Source: Candidatus Arthromitus sp. SFB-mouse-Japan (GTDB lineage Bacteria; Bacillota; Clostridia; Clostridiales; Clostridiaceae). From it: a stretch of 32,000 bases of DNA. A model generated the notes under the pieces. It saw only the letters and a program-made list of their open reading frames with translations, searched no databases and had not been told where the DNA came from. The stretch covers positions 720,001-752,000 of the forward strand of contig NC_015913.1 of assembly GCF_000270205.1 (NCBI RefSeq). The letters are read 5' to 3'. This document shows positions 17,501 to 26,883 of the stretch, piece after piece. The number at the start of each line of letters is the position of its first letter. Within the stretch, counting starts at the first letter, position 1. A program made the position numbers and the translations under genes.

Positions 17501-19732
17501 ATGAAGTACACAGAAAAGCTAGCTAGACGGATAGAAAAGGAAGATGGGAAGATTGAGTACCAGAAATTAATAGATCATATATGTGGAGTTTCTGAGTTTT
17601 CAGAAGAGTTCGTAAGTAAATTCTTTTTGAAGAATTCAGGAAAGATTTTAAGTATTTTACATGATTTGGGAAAATATTCTGATGAATTTCAAGATAGAAT
17701 ACGTGGAGCAAACATAAGAGTGGATCATTCAACAGCAGGTGCTATAATTTGTGATGATTTGGAAAAAGAATTTAAAGGTAGGGGAGAGTATGTAATTTAT
17801 AAAATTTTTAAGTACATAATTATTGGACATCATTCAGGACTTTTAAATTATGGGACAGAAATGGATGATGAGGGCACTATAAGTTCAAGACTTAATAAGA
17901 GAGATATATTATGCGATTTTTCAGATTGGGAAAATGAAATAAGTATCGATGATATTAAGCAAATTAATTTTAGTGAAGAGGTATTGGGGTTCTTTAAAAA
18001 TAATTTTTCGGTGCAAATGCTCATAAGATTCTTGTTTTCTTCTCTTGTTGATAGCGATAGGCTTGATGCACAAAGGTTTGTAGAGGGAGAGAATTCAATT
18101 GTTAATTCTAAAAAATTAATGAGCTTAGAAGAAATGTTAAACGTTTTTAATGATTTTATGAAGTCAAAGAGACTGCAAGAATCGGATAATCCAATAAATT
18201 TAATACGTAATGAAATTTTTAATGATTGCATTAATAAATCAAGAGGGGATAGAGGATTTTATTCACTATGTGTTCCAACTGGTGGAGGAAAAACTCTTTC
18301 ATCTTTAGGTTTTGCTTTGAATCATGCAAAACAAAATGGTCATGATAGGATAATTTATTCTTTACCGTTTACAAGTATAATAGAGCAAAATGCAAGAGTG
18401 TATTCTGAAATCTTTGGTGAAGAAAATGTATTAGAACACCATTGTAATTTTAGTTTTTCAAATGAGATCGGTGAGGATGAATACTCAGAAAATCAACTAA
18501 AATATAAGCTTGCAATTGAAAATTGGGACATGCCATTAATCGTAACTACTAATGTTCAATTATTTGAGAGTATGTATTCGAATAAACCTTCTTCCGCAAG
18601 GAAGCTCCATAATATTTATAATAGCATAATAATTTTAGACGAAGCTCAGGTAATACCTAATGAATATTTGAAACCATGTATAAAGGCCTTAGAAGAATTA
18701 GTTAGAAATTATTCTTGTACAGTATTGTTTTGTACAGCAACTCAACCAGAATTTAAGAAGAATGGTTTAATAGAAAATTTTGATGTAGTTGAGATAATAG
18801 ACGATACATATAAGCTTTTTGATGATTTGAAACGTGTTAGTGGAAAATTTATTGGAAAGAAAAGTGTGGAAGATATATGTAATGAAATGAATTCACATAA
18901 GCAAGTTTTGACTATTGTTAATACAAAAAAACACGCTAAAGAAATTTTTGAAAACTTAGGTGAGAGCGAAGGGAATTTTCATCTCTCAACAAATATGTAC
19001 CCTAATCACAGAAAAGAGGTTATTAAAATTATAAGAGAGAGATTGAAGAATGGGGAAGAGTGCAGAGTTGTTTCAACTCAATTGATTGAGGCTGGAGTTG
19101 ATGTTGATTTTCCTGTTGTATTTCGTTCAATCGCAGGAATTGATTCGATTGTTCAAGCTGCAGGTAGATGCAATAGAGAAGGAAAACAAAAAAATTCAAC
19201 TGTATATGTATTTAAACCTGAAGAAGAATCTCATTTGGGATTGGGATATCTAAAACTCACATCACAAATTGGTGAAGGGATAATAGATGATTTTGAAGAT
19301 TTTCTATCAATAGATGCAATCTCTAAATATTTTTTTGAATTATTCATTGATACTGACCATAGGCAAGATAAACATAAGATTTTGAAAATGATAAATAAAC
19401 ACAAAAAACTAGAAATTAATTATGATTTTAGAGAGATTAATGATGAATTTAGATTCATTGAAAATTTAGGTGCACAGGTCATTGTACCAATTAATGAAGG
19501 AGAAAAGTTTTTAAATATTCTCAAGTATTCTAACAGAGGAGTTAAGAGTGTTTTAAGAAAACTAAGTGGATGCTCTATCAATATACCAAATTATATTTTG
19601 AGGGAATTATTGAGAGATGGATGCGTTGAACAATTTTCCGATGATATATTTATCTTAAAAAATATAGGCATGTATGATCTGAAGATAGGTTTTGATAAAG
19701 ATAACTTAAAGAATTATGAGTATATTATTTAA
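17501..19732 (+). CDS. cas3: CRISPR-associated helicase/nuclease Cas3 (HD + DExH), type I-C
   Basis: HD motifs ILHDLGKYS, VDHSTAGA, IIGHHSGL. Helicase motifs VPTGGGKT, ILDEAQ, QAAGRCNREG. GGGAGG RBS before ATG 17501. Confidence 0.95.
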   Translation: MKYTEKLARRIEKEDGKIEYQKLIDHICGVSEFSEEFVSKFFLKNSGKILSILHDLGKYSDEFQDRIRGANIRVDHSTAGAIICDDLEKEFKGRGEYVIYKIFKYIIIGHHSGLLNYGTEMDDEGTISSRLNKRDILCDFSDWENEISIDDIKQINFSEEVLGFFKNNFSVQMLIRFLFSSLVDSDRLDAQRFVEGENSIVNSKKLMSLEEMLNVFNDFMKSKRLQESDNPINLIRNEIFNDCINKSRGDRGFYSLCVPTGGGKTLSSLGFALNHAKQNGHDRIIYSLPFTSIIEQNARVYSEIFGEENVLEHHCNFSFSNEIGEDEYSENQLKYKLAIENWDMPLIVTTNVQLFESMYSNKPSSARKLHNIYNSIIILDEAQVIPNEYLKPCIKALEELVRNYSCTVLFCTATQPEFKKNGLIENFDVVEIIDDTYKLFDDLKRVSGKFIGKKSVEDICNEMNSHKQVLTIVNTKKHAKEIFENLGESEGNFHLSTNMYPNHRKEVIKIIRERLKNGEECRVVSTQLIEAGVDVDFPVVFRSIAGIDSIVQAAGRCNREGKQKNSTVYVFKPEEESHLGLGYLKLTSQIGEGIIDDFEDFLSIDAISKYFFELFIDTDHRQDKHKILKMINKHKKLEINYDFREINDEFRFIENLGAQVIVPINEGEKFLNILKYSNRGVKSVLRKLSGCSINIPNYILRELLRDGCVEQFSDDIFILKNIGMYDLKIGFDKDNLKNYEYII

Positions 19733-19749
19733 TTTTATGGAGGAAATTT

Positions 19750-20430
19750 ATGGGATTTACTTTAAGAGTTTGGGGAGATTATGCTTGTTTCACAAGACCA
19801 GAGATGAAAGTTGAGAGGGTTAGTTATGATGTTATAACTCCTTCTGCAGCTCGAGCTATATTTGAAGCAATTCATTGGAAGCCAGCTATAAGATGGGTTA
19901 TAGATGAAATAAATGTAATTAAGCCGATCAAATTTCAAACAATTATGAGAAATGAAGTTGAGAGTGTTATGAGCACACAATCAATAAAAAAGTCAATTAA
20001 TAACAAAGAAGAACAATTTTATATTGATTCTAACAAGGTAAGACAGCAAAGAAATTCAATGGTACTTAAAGATGTTGAATATATTATAAAAGCTCACTTT
20101 GAAATGACTAAGCACGCAGGTGGTAGTGATGATGAAAAGAAACATTATAACATCTTTTTAAGACGAGCTAGAAATGGAGAATGTTTTTCTCAACCATATT
20201 TTGGATGTAGAGAATTCTCATGTAATTTTGAGCTTTTAGAAAATGAAGATCTGCCATTAAATATTCAGGAAACAAGAGACTTGGGATGGATGCTTTATGA
20301 TATAGATTTTATGAAGAAAGGAGATTCGTATAAAGGAGTTAAAGAATATAATCCGAAATTTTTTAGAGCTAAAATGATTAAAGGTAAGGTAACTATTCCT
20401 AAAAATCTTCAGATGGAGGTTAATAAATGA
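19750..20430 (+). CDS. cas5: Cas5c (Cas5d), type I-C pre-crRNA endoribonuclease/Cascade subunit
   Basis: MGFTLRVWGDYACFTRPEMKVERVSYDVITPSAARAIFEAIHWKPAIRW is the canonical Cas5d N-terminus. Confidence 0.95.
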   Translation: MGFTLRVWGDYACFTRPEMKVERVSYDVITPSAARAIFEAIHWKPAIRWVIDEINVIKPIKFQTIMRNEVESVMSTQSIKKSINNKEEQFYIDSNKVRQQRNSMVLKDVEYIIKAHFEMTKHAGGSDDEKKHYNIFLRRARNGECFSQPYFGCREFSCNFELLENEDLPLNIQETRDLGWMLYDIDFMKKGDSYKGVKEYNPKFFRAKMIKGKVTIPKNLQMEVNK

Positions 20431-22262
20431 TTCTAAAAGAATTGGTAGATTGTTATGATCTGATGGTAAATTCAGATAAATTTGAAGTTTCCGATAGTAA
20501 TTTTAGCAATGAAAAGGTATCTTTCAAAATTACTATTGATGAAGATGGATTGATAACAAAGATAATTGATTTAAGAGAGGGTTCAGGGGCAAAGAAAAAA
20601 ACTATATTAGTTAATGTTCCATATCAATCTGGACGAACAAGTGGAATTAAACCTTATTTTTTATGTGATAATGCTAAATATTTTTTTGGATATGAAATAG
20701 ACAGTAAGTCATTGGAATTGAAAAGATGCGATCAACATATTGAGGCATCGAAAAATTTACATATGGAAATATTAGAGAATTCGTATTCTAAATATAAATT
20801 AATTCTTGAAAGATTTTTTGATAATCATGATAAAAATTTAGAGATTATTAAGGAAAAGGATCCAGAAGTATTAAAGGGTGGATCTATCATTTTGCGTCTT
20901 AAAGACGATATGAAATGTATTCATGAACAAGGTGAGGTAAAGAAAGCATTTGCTTTATACAGGCAAAACAAATTTGAAAATGTGGAAGAAGTAAGGGGAA
21001 CTTGTTTAATAAATGGAGATTCAAATGCTCCAATTGCAAAAATTCATAAGACAATTAAAGGGGTATCAGGATCAAGTATTTCTGGAGCAATGATTGTTAG
21101 TTTCAATGCAAGTTCTTTTGAATCTTATGGGAAAAGTCAGGGTTATAATGCGAGTATTTCTACTGAAAATGAATTTAAATATACAACTGCATTAAATAAA
21201 CTTTTATCTACCGATGATAACAATATGTATTTGTCAGGAAATACAATTGTATTTTGGAGTAGTAAGCTTGGTGCTGAAGAAGAACAAATCATACCAGCTT
21301 TTATGAAAGATGATGATGAGGTTGAAGATGATAATGGAGAAACTGGTGGAGCTAAGTATAACCAGGAAGGGATTGATAAGATTGAAAGTATTATAAAACT
21401 TATTAAGCAAGGAAAGACAGTTAATGTAGATAGAATAAATTTAGATGATTCAGTAAATATGTATGTGTTGGGTCTTTATGGAAGTAGGTCTAGAATATTT
21501 GTTAGATTTTGGTTTAAAAATTCTTTAGAAGATTTTATAAAATTAACAAATAAACATTTCGAAGATACAAAACTTAAGAAGAAACGCAAGTTTAGCAAAA
21601 AAGATTTTATCTATGAGGAAGTTGGTGTGAAATTATCATCAATATTAAAAACAATAACTCCTTACGGTAAAAGTCAAAACACACCGAAGACTTTAATCAA
21701 TAGTCTTTTTAAAAGTATTTTAACTGGAGGAGTTTATCCGATATCTATTTATAATAAAATTCTTGAAAGGATTAGAGCGGAGTCTGGAGAAGATTTTGCT
21801 ATTAATCACACAAGAATTTCATTTATAAAGGGATATTTAAAAAGATATTATAGATTAAATAATTTAAAAGATAAAGAGGAGGAAGTAACTGTGTCATTAA
21901 ATAAAGAAAGTACAAATATTGCGTATAATTTGGGAAGAATTTTTGCAATACTTGAAAAGATACAAATGGATTCTAGTAATGGTGCAACCAATATTAGAGA
22001 AAAATATTTATCTTCAGCATCTTCTACACCAAAATCCATTTTCCCAAATTTATTAAATTTAGCACAATATCATATAGCTAAGATAAATAAAGAGAACAAT
22101 ACAAAATTTAATTATTATGACAAAGTAATAGGTGAAATATTGCTGAATGTTAATGAGTTTCCGGCAGTTTTTTCAAGTGATGAGCAAGGAATGTTTATAC
22201 TTGGATATTATCATCAAAGGGAAGATATATATATAGCTAAAAAAGATAAGGAGGAAAATTAA
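20427..22262 (+). CDS. cas8c: Cas8c (Csd1), type I-C large subunit
   Basis: 611 aa in the position between cas5c and cas7c. ATGA overlap with the cas5 stop. The C-terminal helical region ...YNLGRIFAILEKIQ...LGYYHQR is typical of Csd1. Confidence 0.9.
   Translation: MILKELVDCYDLMVNSDKFEVSDSNFSNEKVSFKITIDEDGLITKIIDLREGSGAKKKTILVNVPYQSGRTSGIKPYFLCDNAKYFFGYEIDSKSLELKRCDQHIEASKNLHMEILENSYSKYKLILERFFDNHDKNLEIIKEKDPEVLKGGSIILRLKDDMKCIHEQGEVKKAFALYRQNKFENVEEVRGTCLINGDSNAPIAKIHKTIKGVSGSSISGAMIVSFNASSFESYGKSQGYNASISTENEFKYTTALNKLLSTDDNNMYLSGNTIVFWSSKLGAEEEQIIPAFMKDDDEVEDDNGETGGAKYNQEGIDKIESIIKLIKQGKTVNVDRINLDDSVNMYVLGLYGSRSRIFVRFWFKNSLEDFIKLTNKHFEDTKLKKKRKFSKKDFIYEEVGVKLSSILKTITPYGKSQNTPKTLINSLFKSILTGGVYPISIYNKILERIRAESGEDFAINHTRISFIKGYLKRYYRLNNLKDKEEEVTVSLNKESTNIAYNLGRIFAILEKIQMDSSNGATNIREKYLSSASSTPKSIFPNLLNLAQYHIAKINKENNTKFNYYDKVIGEILLNVNEFPAVFSSDEQGMFILGYYHQREDIYIAKKDKEEN
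21891..22262 (+). CDS. Candidate nested Cas11c small subunit (internal in-frame GTG start inside cas8c, 123 aa)
   Basis: gaggagg at 21876-21882, 8-nt spacer, in-frame GTG at 21891. This covers the C-terminal helical region of Cas8c. Internally translated Cas11 has been described for type I-C cas8c genes. Confidence 0.5.
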   Translation: MSLNKESTNIAYNLGRIFAILEKIQMDSSNGATNIREKYLSSASSTPKSIFPNLLNLAQYHIAKINKENNTKFNYYDKVIGEILLNVNEFPAVFSSDEQGMFILGYYHQREDIYIAKKDKEEN

Positions 22263-22264
22263 TT

Positions 22265-23128
22265 ATGTTATTGAGTAAAAGATATGAATTCGTAATATTA
22301 TTTGATGTTGAGAATGGAAATCCTAATGGAGATCCGGATTCAGGAAATATGCCGAGGATTGATCCGGAAACAGGTCATGGAATTGTAACAGATGTTTGTA
22401 TCAAAAGGAAAATTAGAAATTACATAGAAGTAGTTGAAGGTGAAAGACAAGGATTTGATATATACGTTAAGAATGGGGCTGTTTTAAACGAACAGCATAG
22501 AAAAGCCTATGAAGCTTTTGAATTAAAACCTGAAAATAAGAAGCTTCCAAAAGATGAAAAGCTCGCAAAAGAACTCACAGGATATATGTGCAAGAATTTT
22601 TATGATATAAGGTCGTTTGGAGCTGTGATGAGTAATGAAGTTAATTGTGGACAAGTTAGAGGACCTATACAGTTAAATTTTGGAAGGAGTATAGACCCGA
22701 TTTTTTCTCAAGATCTAACAATTACTAGATGTGCAGTTACAAATATGAAAGACTTAGAAAAAGGACAAACTATGGGAAGAAAACAAATAGTTCCGTATGC
22801 TTTGTATAGAATGGAAGGATATGTTTCAGCACATTTAGCACAAAAAGTTACAGGATTTAATGAAGAAGATTTAAATATTTTGTGGCAATCTATTATTAAT
22901 ATGTTTGAATATGATCGTTCTGCATCGCATGGGAAAATGGCAACAAGGAAACTTTATGTTTTTGAACATGAAACAGCACTTGGGAATGCCCCATCTCATA
23001 AATTATTTGATTTGATAGAAGTTGAAAGGAAAGATAAATCAAAACCTTCTAGACATTTTAATGATTATGAAATTAGCATAGATAGGGATAGTTTACCTAA
23101 AGGCGTAGATCTTATTGAAAAACTTTAG
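22265..23128 (+). CDS. cas7: Cas7c (Csd2), type I-C backbone subunit
   Basis: YEFVILFDVENGNPNGDPDSGNMPRIDPETGHGIVTDVCIKRKIRNY is the Csd2 signature. Confidence 0.95.
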   Translation: MLLSKRYEFVILFDVENGNPNGDPDSGNMPRIDPETGHGIVTDVCIKRKIRNYIEVVEGERQGFDIYVKNGAVLNEQHRKAYEAFELKPENKKLPKDEKLAKELTGYMCKNFYDIRSFGAVMSNEVNCGQVRGPIQLNFGRSIDPIFSQDLTITRCAVTNMKDLEKGQTMGRKQIVPYALYRMEGYVSAHLAQKVTGFNEEDLNILWQSIINMFEYDRSASHGKMATRKLYVFEHETALGNAPSHKLFDLIEVERKDKSKPSRHFNDYEISIDRDSLPKGVDLIEKL

Positions 23129-23129
23129 T

Positions 23130-23783
23130 ATGGATTATTTGATGATTTCAGGAATTCAACATTTTATTTTTTGCCCACGTCAGTGGGCACTTATACATAT
23201 AGAACAAATTTGGGAAGATAATGTTAGAACTTTTAATGGACATAAATTTCACAAAAAGGTTGATGATCCATATATTTTTGAAAAAAGAGGAGAAATTATA
23301 ATTTCTCGTTCTTTGCCTTTAATTTCACATAAATTATCTGTAAAAGGTATTAGTGATTGTGTTGAATTTCATATGAGAAATGATAATTTGGGAGCTAAGC
23401 TTGTAGGTAGAAATGGAAGTTATGATGTAATTCCAATTGAATATAAGGTTGGGGATATTAAAAAAGATGATAGTGATATTTCGCAACTTTGCATTCAGGC
23501 TATTTGTCTTGAAGAAATGTTTGATACGACAATTGAAAAAGGATATCTATATTATGGTAAATTAAGAAGGAGAGTTGAGGTTAACTTTACAAATGAGCTT
23601 AGAGAAAATATTAAAGAATTAGTTGAAAAGATGAGGTATTATTTTGATAATGGAGTAACTCCAAAAGCTCGTTATAAAAAACAATGCATAAATTGTTCAC
23701 TATATGATATTTGTTTACCTAAATTAAATTGTAGTTATTCTAAGGTTAAAAATTATATTGATTCTTACGTTGAGGATATTTAA
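23130..23783 (+). CDS. cas4: Cas4 (RecB-like nuclease with 4-Cys cluster)
   Basis: N-terminal Cys (FCPRQW), IPIEYKVG nuclease motif, C-terminal CINCSLYDIC. ATG 23130 lies directly after the cas7 TAG and is preferred over TTG 23115. Confidence 0.9.
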   Translation: MDYLMISGIQHFIFCPRQWALIHIEQIWEDNVRTFNGHKFHKKVDDPYIFEKRGEIIISRSLPLISHKLSVKGISDCVEFHMRNDNLGAKLVGRNGSYDVIPIEYKVGDIKKDDSDISQLCIQAICLEEMFDTTIEKGYLYYGKLRRRVEVNFTNELRENIKELVEKMRYYFDNGVTPKARYKKQCINCSLYDICLPKLNCSYSKVKNYIDSYVEDI

Positions 23784-24812
23784 ATGAGAAAACTATTGAA
23801 TGTTTTATATGTAACCAACGAAGATGCTTATTTATCAAAAGATGGTGAGGATATATCTATTCGTATATCAGATCAGAAACCTATAAAAATTCCAAGTCAT
23901 AACTTAGAAGGAATTGTATGTTTTGGATATCAAGGAGCAAGTACAAAGCTTATGGCAATGTGTGCTGAAAAGAATATTGGAATGAGTTTTCATACCCCAT
24001 TTGGCAAATTTCTTTGTAGAGTACAAGGAAGAGTCTCGGGTAATATTTTGCTTAGGAAGAAACAATATAAAATTTCAGATGATGAAAATAAGTCTTGTTT
24101 GATTGCTAAAAATTTTATTATTGGAAAGCTTGTTAATTATAAAAATGTATTAAATCGTTTTAAAAGAGATTATAGAGATAAATTTGATGAAAATATGAGG
24201 AGATCAATTGAATATTTGTCAGATACTATAAAAAGTGTTTCTAAATCTGAAGATTTAAATAGTTTGAGAGGACTTGAAGGTATTGGTAGTAAATATTATT
24301 TCGATGTTTTTGATAATTTGATATTAGTTGATAATAAAAGTTTTAGATTTGATTCAAGAAATAAAAGACCGCCTCTTGATAGAGTTAATGCATTACTTTC
24401 TTTTGTATATGTGATTCTTTCACATGATATTGAATCTTCTCTCGAAAGTGTTGGACTTGATCCTCAAGCAGGATTTTTACATAGAGATAGACCAGGAAGA
24501 AGTGGATTAGCTTTAGATATGATGGAAGAATTGAGATCTTATTTGTGTGATAGATTTGTATTAAAATTAATAAACACAAGAGTTATAAAAGAGAATGATT
24601 TTATTGTAAAAGAAAATGGAAGTGTATTTATTTTAGAAGAGGCACGTAAAAATATACTTACTGCCTGGCAGAAAAGGAAGAAGGATTTTATAATACATCC
24701 ATTCCTAAATGAAAAAATAGAGGTTGGACTCATACCATACGTTCAATCTTTATTACTTGCTAGGTATTTAAGGGGAGATTTGGAAGAATATCCTCCATAT
24801 TTAATGAAGTAG
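23784..24812 (+). CDS. cas1: Cas1 integrase, type I-C
   Basis: 342 aa. NALLSFVYVIL, GLDPQAGFLHRDRPGRSGLALDMMEELR are canonical Cas1 motifs. Confidence 0.95.
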   Translation: MRKLLNVLYVTNEDAYLSKDGEDISIRISDQKPIKIPSHNLEGIVCFGYQGASTKLMAMCAEKNIGMSFHTPFGKFLCRVQGRVSGNILLRKKQYKISDDENKSCLIAKNFIIGKLVNYKNVLNRFKRDYRDKFDENMRRSIEYLSDTIKSVSKSEDLNSLRGLEGIGSKYYFDVFDNLILVDNKSFRFDSRNKRPPLDRVNALLSFVYVILSHDIESSLESVGLDPQAGFLHRDRPGRSGLALDMMEELRSYLCDRFVLKLINTRVIKENDFIVKENGSVFILEEARKNILTAWQKRKKDFIIHPFLNEKIEVGLIPYVQSLLLARYLRGDLEEYPPYLMK

Positions 24813-24824
24813 TGAGGTGATTCA

Positions 24825-25115
24825 ATGCTTATTTTAGTTACATATGATGTGGGATTGAATTTTGATGATGGCGCAAAAAGACTTAGAAAAGTATCAAAAA
24901 TTTGTGAGAATTATGGGATTAGAGTTCAAAATTCTGTTTTTGAATGTGTAGTTGATAATTTACAATTTGAGATGCTTAAGTCAGATATAGATAAAGTTAT
25001 AGATAAAGAACGAGATAGTGTAAGATATTATAATTTAGGTAATTCTGGAAGAAAAAAGGTAATTCATATAGGTAATAAACATTCCATTGATGTTGAAGAT
25101 GTTATTATAATTTGA
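24825..25115 (+). CDS. cas2: Cas2
   Basis: 96 aa. MLILVTYDV...RLRKVSKICENYGIRVQNSVFEC is the Cas2 signature. Confidence 0.95.
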   Translation: MLILVTYDVGLNFDDGAKRLRKVSKICENYGIRVQNSVFECVVDNLQFEMLKSDIDKVIDKERDSVRYYNLGNSGRKKVIHIGNKHSIDVEDVIII

Positions 25116-25285
25116 TTGCGAAGTATAAGCTTACATTAAATTTATAAGTGCTTCGCGAAGCTATATTAATACTTGATTGTAGCAGAATAATTGGTATTGA
25201 TATTTATAGATAAATTATGTAGAATATTAGTGTTCGCATAAGTAATATGTCTATTTATGATTATCAGCTATTTTTAAATTTAACG
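25116..25285 (+). promoter_or_regulatory. CRISPR leader (AT-rich, between cas2 and the first repeat)
   Basis: 170 nt of non-coding AT-rich sequence next to the non-degenerate end of the array. The degenerate repeat is at the far end. Confidence 0.5.
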
Positions 25286-26183
25286 GTCGCACCTCACGCA
25301 GGTGCGTGGATTGAAATTCAAGTCCAATAAAATTACCATTAGAATCAAAAGGTCGCACCTCACGCAGGTGCGTGGATTGAAATTGGGGAATTGTATTCAG
25401 TTGAATCATCTGCATATTGTCGCACCTCACGCAGGTGCGTGGATTGAAATTTTCAATCAATAAATTTTCCAGCTTTTCGAAATGTCGCACCTCACGCAGG
25501 TGCGTGGATTGAAATCATCATATATTTACTAGTTTTTCCAACTCTTAAACGTCGCACCTCACGCAGGTGCGTGGATTGAAATAAACTCATATGTATTATC
25601 ATTAAACGCTCTTATACGTCGCACCTCACGCAGGTGCGTGGATTGAAATTAAGTATATTAGACAACCATTTAATTATACAAAAGGTCGCACCTCACGCAG
25701 GTGCGTGGATTGAAATAAAAATATATGTATCGTCATCAAACATCAACAAGTGTCGCACCTCACGCAGGTGCGTGGATTGAAATTTTAGTTTGGATATATG
25801 ATTTAATAGCTCCTATTGTCGCACCTCACGCAGGTGCGTGGATTGAAATTTCATCTATACAAGATAAAATTTTATTTTCTATTGTCGCACCTCACGCAGG
25901 TGCGTGGATTGAAATATTAAGAGGTGTCGATGCTTGAGTTAAATAAGATATGTCGCACCTCACGCAGGTGCGTGGATTGAAATTATGGTGGCTTGATAGG
26001 CTCCAACACAAGTAAAAAGTCGCACCTCACGCAGGTGCGTGGATTGAAATAAAGTGTTTTGTAACTATGATATAGATGTTAAAAGTCGCACCTCACGCAG
26101 GTGCGTGGATTGAAATGTATAAATCTGCCCTAATTAAAAATCTTATAGTTGGTCGCACCTCACGCAGGTGCGTGGATTGAGAA
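25286..26183 (+). CRISPR. Type I-C CRISPR array: 14 repeats of 32 nt, 13 spacers of 33-36 nt
   Basis: Repeat gtcgcacctcacgcaggtgcgtggattgaaat starts at 25286, 25352, 25419, 25484, 25551, 25618, 25685, 25752, 25818, 25884, 25952, 26019, 26085, 26152. Internal stem gcacct/aggtgc and the ATTGAAAT tail resemble I-C repeats. The last repeat ends ttgagaa. Confidence 0.98.
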
Positions 26184-26254
26184 ATTAGCTTAAAATAGTT
26201 ACGAATTATTTGGTATAGATCCGTTGAGATAAACGGTTCTATAGGAGGAATAAT

Positions 26255-26623
26255 ATGGATAAAAAAATAAAGTATTATCTTGATAGAGGCATGGATTATG
26301 ATATGGCTAAATATTTTGCAACAGCTGAAAGAACAATTATATAAGTTATTCCAAATAATGATTATACATTGACTCTTAAATTTGATAATGATGAGATACG
26401 GAAATATGATTGCAATGATTTAATAGAAAAAGGAACTGTATTTGAATTTTTAAGTGATTATGATAACTTTAAAAGAGTATATCTGGATGAAAGTAACGTA
26501 GTATCTTGGGATAAAGATTCAAATATTGATAGTAATTTAAATTGGAGTAATAAAGTTGATTTAAGTTCTGACACTTTGTATGTTAAAAGTATTCCTCAAG
26601 ATCTGGGCAAAATGAAATTGTAG
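26255..26623 (+). pseudogene. DUF2442-like small protein interrupted by one in-frame TAA (26342-26344)
   Basis: AGGAGG RBS plus ATG 26255: MDKKIKYYLDRGMDYDMAKYFATAERTII*VIPNNDYTLTLKFDNDEIRKYDCNDLIEKGTVFEFLSDYDNFKRVYLDESNVVSWD... is continuous in one frame. Family assignment is from memory. Confidence 0.55.
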
Positions 26624-26802
26624 ACTATTTTTATAATCAGTTATACTTTGAACTCTGAAAATTACTTGGAAATGTAAATAGTAGATGCAATAGAGATATA
26701 GGGAAAGTCCTAATTTATTTATTTATTTGGATGATTTATAAATTTAAATTAAGTGTGTAAAATGAATCTTATAATTTATATAAATATTTTTGATATACGC
26801 AT

Positions 26803-26831
26803 TTGCAATATACGCGTATACATGATATAAT
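26803..26831 (+). promoter_or_regulatory. Consensus-like promoter (TTGCAA-17 nt-TATAAT) with an embedded 12-nt perfect palindrome, upstream of hicB-like gene
   Basis: ttgcaa 26803-26808, tataat 26826-26831. The palindrome tatacgcgtata at 26809-26820 fills the spacer. An atatacgc half-site is repeated at 26793-26800. Confidence 0.55.
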
Positions 26832-26883
26832 ATCAAAGTTATGTCAATCAACATCCTTAGAATTAATATGGAGGTTAATTTAA

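Noticed and set aside
25116-25170. Inverted repeat gcgaag…cttcgc just after cas2, considered as a terminator or regulatory hairpin.
   Set aside because: The stem is only 6 bp with a loop of about 27 nt and no T-run, so it is not convincing.
25251-25937. Track ORFs 25251-25490 (-) and 25725-25937 (+) with repetitive peptides (…VAPHAGAWIEI… / …QSTHLREVRP…).
   Set aside because: They are translations of the CRISPR repeats. The periodic peptide repeats mirror the 32-nt repeat unit, so they are not genes.
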